Shown here one piece after another: positions 37,129 through 47,928 of a DNA stretch of 64,000 nucleotides. Under the pieces are notes generated by a model. It made no database searches. It saw only the letters and a list, made by a program, of their open reading frames with translations, and had not been told where the DNA came from. The stretch covers positions 498,001-562,000 of the forward strand of contig JASTWF010000033.1 in the NCBI GenBank assembly GCA_030390025.1, in the 5' to 3' direction. Each line of letters starts with the position of its first letter. The first letter of the stretch is position 1. This stretch comes from Squalus acanthias. Lineage: Eukaryota. The translations under genes were made by a program, and so were the position numbers.

Positions 37129-37419
37129 GCTTCCCTCTTGTCCCAGCTGTTGTAATATTTGGGATAAGCAAGTAATAGTAGTTTTGATGACAGCTGTGTG
37201 ATTGGCTGCTCAGCAGTGGGAAAGTGTAGACGCTGAAGGTTTGGATGAGAAAAGGCGGGGCCAAAATGGAATGGTGGAGTTAAAATTGTTCAGTTCTTCC
37301 AATATTGCTGCTGGGCGAGGTTTGCAAGTAGCCTTGAGGGGGCAGCGATGTATCGCCATTGCGGTGCTGGTCCCGGCCACAAACTCCGCTCCCGAGCCAC
37401 CGACTTCATCCCTATCCCT

Positions 37420-37910
37420 GGCCACTGAGGCTGAACCAGGCAGCTTGCAACCTTGGTGCCGTATTTGACCCCGAGATGAGCTTCCGACCAAGACGGTCTA
37501 CTTCCACCTCCGGAACATCGCCCGACTCCACCTCTGTCTCAGCTGATCTGCTGCTGAAACCCTCATTCTTGCCTTTGTCACCTCTAGACTTGACGATTCT
37601 AATGTACTCCTGGAAGGCCTCCCATCTTCCTCCCTCCATAAACTTGAGCTCATCCAATCCTCTGCTTCCCGGATCCTAACTCGCACCATGTCCCGTTCAC
37701 CCATCACCCCGGTTCTCACTCACCTACATTGGCTCCCAATCAGGCGACTACCCAATTTTCAAATTATCTTCCTTGTTTTCAAATCCCTCCATGGACTAGC
37801 CCCTCCCTATCTCTGTAACTTTCTCCAGCCCTACACCTTCTGAGATCTCTTCACTCCTCCAAATCTGGGCTCTTACACATCGCCGATTTTAATCCTTCCA
37901 CCATCTGCCG
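37420..37910 (+). mobile_element. L2-clade LINE 3' ORF2 fragment
   Basis: NLGAVFDPEMSF, YFHLRNIARL, ETLILAFVTSRLD, ITPVLTHLHWLP, LHGLAPPYL. Confidence 0.88.
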
Positions 37911-38790
37911 TGGTGGGATTGTGAACTCAGGTCTCCAGATCATCATGAAGTCGGTGGTTGAGGAACAGAGTTTGTGACGGGGACCAGCACTGCAATGGCG
38001 AATCATCGCTGCCCCCTCAAGGCAAACCTCTCCCACCAGCGAGCACTGGACAATTTTCTCCCCACCATTCCAATTTTACTCTGGATTACTGGTCGAGTAA
38101 CACAATCACTGTGCCGCCAATCCCCGTATTTAACTGATTGAAGAATCGTTAATGAGCAGCGCAGTCTGAACCAGGAAGAGTCAGTTCGAACAGTAAATTC
38201 AATGTCAAATCAGGCACAGAAAGCGAGATAAAGAGAGGAAAATAAAGGTTGGATTAAGATAGAGAAAAAAGAAAGAGAAAAATGTAAAAACATTTTTATT
38301 GTTAAAAAAATATTCAACAACAATTTATATCTGAAGGAATGTGATTCCACACTTATAAAAGTTTATTTTCATGCCAGAGAGGTTATTTGGCAGTAATTAA
38401 GACAGTTAAAAAATGGGACTTAGACTGAAATGGACGGGGTTGCTGCGGTGTGTGAAATATGATGACGATCTCGGGTTATTATCCGAGGTGACGCTACAGG
38501 ATCCTTTAAAGATCTCCCGCGGATCCACTGAAACCAGTCGAATGTGGAGCTTTGAGAGGAGCTTTCTGCACCGTCAGGGCAGGAAACGGGAGTGAGTGAG
38601 GGACACTGTCGGTATCTGTGCTGAGTTTGAGTCTGTGAAGAATGGTATGGGCTCAGATAATATACGGAATCTATGAGATATTTTATTGATATTTAATTAC
38701 AATATGAATTCTTCAATTAATCATATTTGTTCAATTTTAATGGGGAAGGTTTCTTTCCCGTTTCCAAACGGGGACCATTTCTCGAACATA

Positions 38791-38855
38791 GTTTCCCGCC
38801 CGGGATTGAATCGGGGCTTGTGAGGGGAACTTGATAAACACTACACTACGGAAAC
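38791..38855 (-). pseudogene. tRNA-Val pseudogene
   Basis: GTTTCCGTAGTGTAGTGTTTATCA..; internal deletion. Confidence 0.8.
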
Positions 38856-39150
38856 CTCTGCTTAGCTGAATATCCAGAAAGATCTGTTCAGCGAGAAGGT
38901 GAAATGCTGAATCCCAGATTCTGGATTAATTTCCTTTCACTAACATTTCTCCGACCGAAACTGCACAAATCAAAAATGTTCCTTTCAAAATCATTAAACT
39001 CTCGAATTTCCGCGTCGCCACACAAATCTTCTGAATCAGAGGCCTCCAGTTTTGCCACTCAATCAATGTCCCTTTGCAATTCCCTGCTCCCATCCACACT
39101 AATTACTGCACCACTGTCGATCAGCGATAATAGATATTCAAAGTGATCAG

Positions 39151-39204
39151 GCCATGCGAGTTCAGTCGGTAACAGGCTCTTGGGTTCGGACCCCAAGTTA
39201 GGCG
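39151..39204 (+). pseudogene. tRNA-Lys relic
   Basis: CAGTCGGTA..TGGGTTCGGACCCCAAGTTAGGCG; flanks paralogous to the 51435 and 58172 copies. Confidence 0.7.
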
Positions 39205-39751
39205 AAGGTTATTGTTAAACTTTTTGTTTGTTGCTTTCACGGCAAATCATCATGAATTCACCGGTAATTTTCTTTGGCACAATGAAAGAAATGCTAACTG
39301 AGGGAGAGTCGATACTTCAATCATTTTATTTGTGCTTTGCACGTTAACTGTTACCCAGATCTCCTTTTACACACGGTACTTTAGGAGTCTGGTTTAGAGT
39401 GTTCATTGCTGATGACACCAGGAATCTGGGGCAATATTTGTCAAATTGAACAGCACCGGTTATTTCCACCGGGCTCAGAAAATAGAACCAGCAGTGAACA
39501 TGAAATCCCATTGTGCTGACATTCAGATTAAACGCAGTCAGCTTTGAAATAAAGTGAAATAATTTTACACTGAAAAGATTTGTAAGTAAGTATTTGGGCC
39601 TTTAAAAAAGTTTGTAGCATCTGATTCCTGTTCATGTCACTTCTTCCTCTGTTGAATAAGAAAGGAGGGGTTTGACGTTGTCCAGACTGCACTGCGCCTG
39701 ATGTTTGTGAGCTCATCCTTTATATTGAGCGGTTTCTCGCCTTTTGATCGG

Positions 39752-39841
39752 CGTCATCTTTAGCTCAGCGGTTACCTCGCAGCACCAACTTAATTCTAAT
39801 TTCGACCCCTGTCTCACCGCGGGCGCTGCCTGGCGTGTTTT
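39752..39841 (+). ncRNA. Vault RNA-like gene, copy 1 (more decayed)
   Basis: CTTTAGCTCAGCGGTTACCTCG..CCGCGGGCGCTGCCTGGCG plus T-run; upstream TATA-like (39719-39727) and TGACGT (39673). Confidence 0.8.
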
Positions 39842-39964
39842 TTTGTCCTTTTCAATCCCCTTATTTTACAATGAAACAAATTGTAGCCGTGATTTTAATT
39901 CAGCAGTGTGAGATTTTTCGAGGAAACCTTTAACTGATTCAATAACCTATTCTTATCAGTAAGT

Positions 39965-39995
39965 GTAACCCGTATTCGATTCCCGGTTAGGGAAG
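39965..39995 (+). pseudogene. tRNA-Glu-like 3' relic (paralog at ~52272-52301)
   Basis: TTCGATTCCCGGTTAGGGAA resembles the tRNA-Glu 3' end. Confidence 0.5.
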
Positions 39996-41563
39996 TAACA
40001 TTGACATCACCGTTTTTAATTAATTAAAGCGAATAAATAACATGCAACTAATGTGAAAAAATTAAGAAATGTTTGAATCACCATTAATTAACTGATAACC
40101 TTCTTTTGCAGAATGATAAATATTATAATATGGTGACTGAGGGACAGTCGAGACTTCAGTCATTTATTTTGCTCTTTGCATGTGCTGAACTGTTAACCCA
40201 TATCTCATTTTACACATTGTAATTTAGGAGAATGTTTTAAAATGTTCATTGCTTGTAAGAGCAGGATCTGGGGCAACTTTTTGTTAAATTTAAAAGGACC
40301 GGCTATTTCACAGAACAAAAATGCTCTGACATAATGTTTTCAGACCACACACTGACCGATCTTTCTTCGGCCCAAAGTGGATGATCTGACACTTGCCCAC
40401 GTTAAACTCCATTAATCACAGTTCCGGGGAGATTTAATAGAACTGTTCAAAATTATGGGGGAAACTGTTTCCACTGACAGGAGGGTCAGTAGGGCTGTGG
40501 GGGAAGAGCAGCGGAGTGGAACTAATTGGAAAGCACTTTCAAAGTTGCTACATCAATTGTTCATTTTAACCTGCGATTGATAATTTTTTTGTAACCACAA
40601 GTATTAAGGAATAATTCAAGTATGTGAGACATCTTATAATTGTTTCAATCATCATTAATCAACCAACAACATTGCGTTGCACACTGTAGGAATTGTTAAC
40701 ACGTTTACTGGGTGACAGCCAAACTGCAATAACTTATTACAGAATCACAGAATCATACAGCACAGAAGGAGGCCATTCGCCCCATCGTGCCTGTGCCGGC
40801 TCCTTGAAAGAGCGATCCAATTATTTCCACTCCCCAGCTCTTTTCCCGAAGCCCTGCAAGTGTTTCTTTTTCAATTTATTTCCCTTTTGAAAGTTAATAT
40901 TGAATCTGCTTTCACCACCATGTCAGGCAGAATATATTTACACCAATGTTATCCAAGTCCCATTTCACACAGTGATTTCCCTGCTTTGCATGTCATGAAA
41001 TGTTATCCCTTCTCATTTTACACACTATATTTTAGGAGTTTGCTTAAAAATGTTCAATGCTTGTGACATCAGCCATTGTTAGATTGAAAAAGATTGCAGC
41101 TCCTTTCCTTGGTAATCTCTGCCCCAAAGTGCTGTTGATGCTCATTCGTTGAGTATATTCAAGGCTGAGATCGATGATTTTTGGACTGCAGTGGAATCAA
41201 GGGATATGGGGATAGGCAGGAAAGTGGAGTTGAGGTCGAAGATCAGCCATTATCTGATTGAATGGCGGTGCAGTCTCGGGGGGCCATAAGGCCCACTCCT
41301 GCTCCTAATTCTTTCGTTCTTATGTCCTTTCACAGCAGAGCAAACTCGCCCCTGGACATGTATAAGGAGCAAGTTCCAAAAAAATGTTTCCGTGAACGTG
41401 AAAGCTCCTGCACTGCGGAAACGTCTCCACTTTAAGTACCAGGTCAGATGGAAATGTTCAGCGAGCAGGTGAAACGCTGAATCCCACTTTTCAGGGATGT
41501 CCCAAAGCGCTTCACAGTGGCGTGAAAAGAAATGAGTTGCACTTAGTTATTAAATATAGGGAA

Positions 41564-41647
41564 TATCAGAAGGGTGATTCGAACCCACGCCTATTAAATG
41601 AAACTGCGACGTGAAGGCAGCGTCTTCGACCACTCGGCCATCCTGAC
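41564..41647 (-). pseudogene. tRNA-Leu(CAG-type) pseudogene; anticodon reads CAC
   Basis: GTCAGGATGGCCGAGTGGTCGAAGACGCTGCCTTCACGTCGCAG..GGCGTGGGTTCGAATC. Confidence 0.87.
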
Positions 41648-42294
41648 AGCTCCTAAACTAAATTGCAAGTTATCACTTGCACATTTAGAAAGTTTCAGTC
41701 CGGATGCTTGTTCGATGCTACTCGAAGGCTCAGTGACCGGGATATCATCTCCCCCGGGGTGTTTCTGAACCTCTGCTCGGTGTATGGGGAGGTTTGGCCC
41801 GGGTCCGTGATATCTCGCAGCCCAGGATGGACAATAACCCTCTGAGCTCTGGAGCTGGGGAAGAGCGAGTAATTAACGGGTTTGTTTCCGCGTCTGAAAT
41901 GCGGCTCAGATCTGATGATATTAACCGAGGCCGGGGTTGCGAGATGTTGCATTTTGTTTAGGTTTAATCAGAGGAATATCCGCCGTCAGGAGCTGAAAAG
42001 GACTAAGAGCTGAAAAAACACAAGAACATTGATAAGAAATGTAAGCAATTGTGATAAACTCGAAAAGTGTTTTCTGGTAGTTTAGTGGTTTAATTGTTTT
42101 AATCACCATTCATTAACCGATAGAGTTGTTTTTTGCAGAGTTAAAGAGATGCTCACACTGAGGGACAGTCGAAACTTCAATAACTTAAATTTAATAATTT
42201 GCGAAACTTTATTCATTGATGAAGTTTTATCACCGATCTGATTTTACACACTGTGTATTAATTTATTTCACAGAAATAATACTCTCGAACATAA

Positions 42295-42368
42295 TGTTTC
42301 CGCCCGGGATCAAGCCGGATGCTTTTTCGAGTGCAAGGCGAACGTGATAACCGCTACACTACGGAAAC
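42295..42368 (-). pseudogene. tRNA-Val(TAC-type) pseudogene; anticodon reads TGC
   Basis: GTTTCCGTAGTGTAGCGGTTATCACGTTCGCCTTGCACTCGAAA..; T-loop damaged. Confidence 0.85.
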
Positions 42369-42825
42369 CATTGGTTCACACTGCCTCCGGAAAGATCTGT
42401 TCAGCGAGAAGGTGAAATGCTGAATCCCAGATTCAGGATTAATTTCCCATCACTAACATTTCTCTGATAGAAACTGCACAAGTCAAAAATGTTCCTTTCA
42501 AACTCATTAAAGTCCCGAAATTCCTTCTCCCGAATCTTCTGAATCAGAAGTCTTTGATTTTGTCCACTCAATCTATGTCCCTTTGCAATTTCTGCTCCCA
42601 TCCACACGACTTACTGTGTAACTAATTAGTGTCGTTAAACTTGGGAATATACGCCTATAGAAGACTTTTGGATTAGCTTTTATGTCAGCAGTCATTCTAT
42701 TCTCATACCCTCTCTTTTACCTCTTATTTTCCTTTTCACATCTCAAATGAACTTTCATGAGCCTGATTCTCAGATATATTAGGACAGTTGAAGTCTCCCA
42801 TTATCACTGCTCTATAGTTCACAGT

Positions 42826-44087
42826 CATAGAGTCAAAACGGCATAGAAGGAGGCCATTCGGCCCATCGAGTCCGTGCCGGCTCTCTGTAGAGCAATCCAG
42901 TCAGTCCCATTCCCCCCGCTCTGTCCCCGCAGCCCTGCAGGTTTATTTCCCACAAGCGCCTATCCAGTCTACACTTGAAAACATTGAGTGTCTCCGTTTC
43001 CACCACTTCCGTCAGCAGCGAATTCCAGGTCCTCACCACTCGCTGCGTAATTTTTTTTTCCTAACGACCCTCCTGTATCTCTTGCCCAATAACTTAAATA
43101 TGTGTGCTTAGTCCTTTTAACATCAACTAGTGGGAACATCCTTTCCCCGTTTAGCCTATCCAAACTCATTATAATGTTGTATACCTGTATCAGTTCACCC
43201 CTCAACCTCCTTTGTCTTAAAATACTCCTGTGCCGCGCCTTGGGACGTTTTATTATGTCAAAGGCGCTATATAAATGCAAGTTGTTGTGGTTGTAATGAA
43301 AACAAATGCAGCTTCTCCAGCCTGTTCTTGTAGCTAAGATCCCCCATCACCGCAACCATTCTGGTAAATCTCCACTGCACCCTCTCAAGGGCCTTCAAAT
43401 CCTTCCTAAAATGTGGTGACCAGATCTGGACGCAGTACTCCAGTTGCGGCCTAACCATAACTTTATGAAGGTTCAGCATCACTTCTCTACTTTTGTACTC
43501 CATACCTCTATTTATTAAGCCCAAGATCCGATATGTTTTGTTAACCACTCCCTCCATATGTCCTGCCACCTTCAAGGACCTATGCACATTAAATCCCCGG
43601 TTCCTCTTTCCCTGCACACTCTTTAAAACTGTGCCATTATGTGTATATTGCGTCTCACTGTTCCTTCTGCCAAAATACATCACTTCACACTTCTCTGTAT
43701 TAAATTCCATCTGCCACTTGCCTGCCCATTCTGCTAGCCTTTCTCTGTCCTGCTGCAGTCGATTGGTATCATCCTCACTGTTTGTTACACCCCCAAGTTT
43801 GGTGTCGTCGGCAAATTTAGAAATTCTACTCTGTAATACAATATCCAGGTCATTTATAAATATCACAAAAGCAATGGCCCCAGCACTGACCCTTGGGGAT
43901 CAACACTGTCTACCATCATCCAGTGTGAAAAACAGCCATTTACCACAACTCGCTGTTTTCTATCGTTCAGCCAATTCCTTATCCAAGCTGCCACTGACCC
44001 TGCTATTCCACCAGTCTCAATATTGTAAACCAGCCTTCTATGTGGTACTTTATCAAACACCTTTCTAAAATCCATGTAGACAACAGC
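42826..44087 (-). mobile_element. CR1 RT-3' fragment carrying a short SINE/L2-type tail insert (~43215-43295)
   Basis: MDFRKVFDKVPH, KFADDTK; insert GCGCCTTGGGACG..AAAGGCGCTATATAAATGCAAGTTGTTG. Confidence 0.92.
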
Positions 44088-46943
44088 CATTTGTATGAAT
44101 TAGCTGCGCAAATAGATGTAAACAGATATGATATAATCGGGATTACGGAGACATGGCTCCAGGGTGACCAAGGCTGGGAATTCAACATCCAGGGGTATTC
44201 AATATTCAGGAAGGACAGACAAAAAGGAAAAGGAGGTGGGGTAGCATTGCTGGTTAAAGAGGAGATTAACACAATAGTAAGGAAGGATATTAGCTCTGAT
44301 GATGTGGAATCTGTATGCGTACAGCTGAGAAATACCAAGGGGCAGAAAACGTTAGTGGGAGTTGTATACAGACCCCCAAACAGTAAAGCTGAGGTTGGGG
44401 ATGGCATTAAATGGGAAATGAGAGATACGTGCAATAAGGGCACAGCAGTTATCATGAGTGACTTTAATCTACATATAGATTGGGCTAACCAAATTAGTAA
44501 CAATACTGTGGAGGAGGAATTCCTAGAGTGTATACGGGATGGTTTCCTGGACCAATATGTCGAGGAACCAACTAGAGATCAGGCCATCTTCGACTGGGTA
44601 TTATGTAATGAGAAAGGATTAATTAGCAATCTTGTTGTGTGAGGCCCCTTGGGGAGGAGCGATCATGATATAATCGAATTCTTCATTAACATGGAGAGTG
44701 AAGTAGTTGACTCAGAGACTAGGGTCTTGAATTTAAATAAAGGAAACTACGATGGTATGAGACGCGAGTTGGCTAGGGTGGATTGGGGAGCATTACTTAA
44801 AGGGTTGATGGTGTATTGGCAATGGCAAACATTTAAAGATCGCATGGATGAACTACAGAAATTGTTCATCCCTGTTTGGTATAAAAAAAAATGTGACTCA
44901 AACGTGGCTAACAAGGGAAATTAGGGATAGCATAAGACCCAAGGAGAGGACATATAAATTGGCCAGAAAAATCAGCAAACCTGAGGATTGGGAACAGTTT
45001 AGGATTCAGCAAAGGAGGGCAAAGGGATTAATTAAGAGGGGGAAAATAGAATATGAGAGTAAGCTTGCAGGGAACATAAAAACTGACTGTAAAAGCTTCT
45101 ATAGATATGTGAAGAGAAAAAGATTGGTGACGTCAAGCGTAGGTCCCTTGCAGTCAGAATCAGGGCAATGTATAATGGGGTACAAAGAAATGGCAGATCA
45201 ATTAAATACTTACTTTGGTTCTGTCTTCAAAAAGGAGCACACAATTAAACTCCCAGAGCTGTATTGGAACATAGGGTCTAATGAGACGGAGGAATTGAAT
45301 GAAATCAGTATTTGTAGGGAAATGGTGTTCGGGAAATTGACAGGATTGAAACCGATAAATCCACAGGGCCTGATAATCTACATCCTAGGGTACTTAAGGA
45401 AGTGGCCCTAGAAATAGTAGATGCATTGCTGCTCATCTTTCAAAATTCTATAGACTCTGGAACAGTTCCCATGGATTGGAGGGTAGCTAATGTAATCGCA
45501 CTATTTAAAAAAGGTGGCAGAGAAAAAACAGGGAATTTTCAACCGGTAAGACGTACATCGGTAGTGGGCAAAATGCTACAGTCCATTATAAAAGATGTAA
45601 TAGCAGAGCACTTGGAAAACAGTGACAGGTTCGGACAAAGTCAACATGGATTTACAAAAGGTAAATCATGCTTGATTAATCTACTGTAATTTTTTGAGGA
45701 TGTAACTGGTAGAATAGATAAGGGAGAACCAGTGGATGTGGTGTATTTGGACTTTCAGAAGGCTTTCGATAAGGTCCCGCATAAGAGATTAACGTGCAAT
45801 GTCAAAGCACAAGGGATTGCAGGTAAGGTACTGACTTGGCTAAAGAACTGGTTTGCAGACAGGAAGCAAAGAGTTGGAATAAATGGGTCTTTTTCTGAGT
45901 GGCAGGCAGTGACTAGTGGGGTACCGCAGGGATCGGTGCTCGGACCCCAGCCATTCACAATATATATTAATGATCTAGACGAGGGAATTAGATGTAATAT
46001 TTCTAAGTTTGCAGACGACACAAAGCTGGGTGGGCGTGTGTGCTGTGAGGAGGATGCAGAGAAACTCCAGTATGATTTGGACAGGTTGGGTGATTGGGCA
46101 GATGCATGGCAGATGCAGTATAATGTGGATAAATGCGAGGTTATCCACTTTGGTGGCAAAAACAGGAATGCAGTTTATTATCTGAACGGCAATAGATTGG
46201 GAAAAGGGGAAGTGCAACGAGATCTTGGAGTCCTTGTGCACCAGTTGCTGAAGGTAAGCATGCAGGTGCAGCAGGCGGTTAAGAAGGCAAATGGTATGTT
46301 GGCCTTCATAACGAAAGGATTCGAGTACAGGAGCAAGGATGTCTTGCTGCAGTTGTACAAGGCCTTGGTGAGACTGCACCTTGAGTATTCTGTGCAGATT
46401 TGGTCGCCTTATCTGAGGAAGGATGTTCTTGCAATGGAGGGAGTGCAGCGAAGATTTACCAGACTGATACCTGGGATTGCACGAATGACGTATGAAGAGA
46501 AATTGGGTCGATTTGGCTTATATTCGGTAGAGTTTAGAAGAATGAGAGGGGATCTCATTCAAACTTATAAAATTCTAACAGGACTAGACAGACTTGATGC
46601 AGGAAGGCTGTTCCAGATGGCGGTGAGTCCAGAACCAGAGGTCACAGTCTAAGGATAAGGGGTAAGCCATTTAGGACTGAGATGAGGAGGAATTTCTTCA
46701 CCCAGAGAATGGTGAACCTGTGGAGTTGTCTGCCACAGAAGGCAGTAGAGGCCAATTCATTAAATATATTCAAGAAGGTGATAGATATATTACTTAAGGC
46801 TAAAGGGATCAAGGGATATGTGGAGAATGCAGGGACAGGGTACTGAATTTGGATGATCAGCCATGATGTCATTAAATGGCGATGCAGGCTCGAGGGGCCG
46901 AATAGCCTTCTCCTGCTCTTATCTTGTATGCTTCTATGCTTCT
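44088..46943 (+). mobile_element. CR1 LINE with nearly complete ORF2 (APE endonuclease + RT), inactivated
   Basis: YDIIGITETWL, GGGVALLV, GVVYRPPN, SDFN, SDHDII; LDFQKAFDKVPH, GVPQGSVLGP, KFADDTK; several stops and frameshifts. Confidence 0.97.
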
Positions 46944-47039
46944 GTGCAGACTTCAGCGAACATCCTCATTTCTGACCTTATTTTGGAGGGAAGGTCATTG
47001 ATGAATCAACTGAAGATGGTTGGGCCTCGGACACTGCCC

Positions 47040-47639
47040 TGTCTAGGACCCTCGTGATTTTGAACACCTTTATCAGATCTCCTCGCAAACTGCCCTGCTC
47101 TAAGGAGAACAACGACAGCTTCTCCAGTCTATCCACGTAAATGAAGTCCCTCATCCCCCGAAACATGCTTGTGGAACTTTTCTGCCTTCACATCCTTCCT
47201 AAAATGTTGTGCCCAGAATCCTCCACCTGAGGCCGAACCAATGAAGTATAAATGTTTCGCATTACTTCCTTGCTTTTGTAATCTATGACTCTATTAATAA
47301 AGATGATGTGGAGATGCCGGTGTTGGACTGGGGTGGACAAATGGGAGAAGTCGCACAACACCAGAAGAAGGTCACCTGACGAATGAGCAGCGCTCCGAAA
47401 GTTTGTGATTTCAAATAAAGCTGTTGGACTATAACCTGGTGTTGTACGACTTCTCCCATCTATTAATAAAGCCAAGGATCCCTTATGCTTTTTAACAGCC
47501 TTCTCAACTTGTCCCGCCACCTTCAAAGATAGATCAATCTTTGGTAAATCCAGGTCTCTCTGTTCCTGCACACGATTTAAAATTGTACCATTTAGTCTAT
47601 ATCGCCTCAGTTCAATCTTCCGCCCAAAATGGATCACTT
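47040..47639 (-). mobile_element. CR1 fragment paralogous to ~58785-59210
   Basis: Collinear sequence with shared deletions. Confidence 0.85.
47303..47458 (+). mobile_element. Short Penelope-like insert with minimal hammerhead ribozyme motif
   Basis: 13-bp TSD TCTATTAATAAAG (47290-47302 / 47459-47471); inverted arms 47341-47364 / 47436-47459; GGTCAC-CTGACGA-ATGAGCAGCGCTCC-GAAA-GTTT-GTGATT. Confidence 0.82.
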
Positions 47640-47885
47640 TGTGGTGGATCGCCACCTAAAACGGGCATAATCCACTCTTCCGTCTGTGGACAAATTTCCA
47701 GCCCCTTACCTTTAAGGCAGAAGTGGGCGGGGCCTCAGGTTTTACCCAGAGAATTCTGGGAGTTTACCCAGGGAATTCTGGGACCAGCTTTCTCAGACAT
47801 TTTGTTTTGCCATGCAGTGAATAAAAGCTTTTTGTATTCCACATATGGATTCAGTCTCCATTCGTGTTTCGCGGCAGCCTCAACA
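47640..47885 (+). mobile_element. 5' LTR of Gypsy element (246 bp)
   Basis: TGT..ACA termini, AATAAA at 47820, immediately followed by a PBS. Confidence 0.9.
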
Positions 47886-47886
47886 T

Positions 47887-47900
47887 TGGTGACCCCGACG
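47887..47900 (+). promoter_or_regulatory. Primer-binding site for tRNA-Trp
   Basis: TGGTGACCCCGACG is the reverse complement of the tRNA-Trp 3' end CGTCGGGGTCACCA. Confidence 0.92.
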
Positions 47901-47928
47901 CTCAGAACGTATTCCGAGCACTGCAACG

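Noticed and set aside
39752..39841. Interpretation as another degenerate tRNA
   Set aside because: No cloverleaf; both ends fit vault RNA blocks better.
44040..46943. Active full-length CR1
   Set aside because: No ORF1 or 5' UTR, and ORF2 has several stops and frameshifts.
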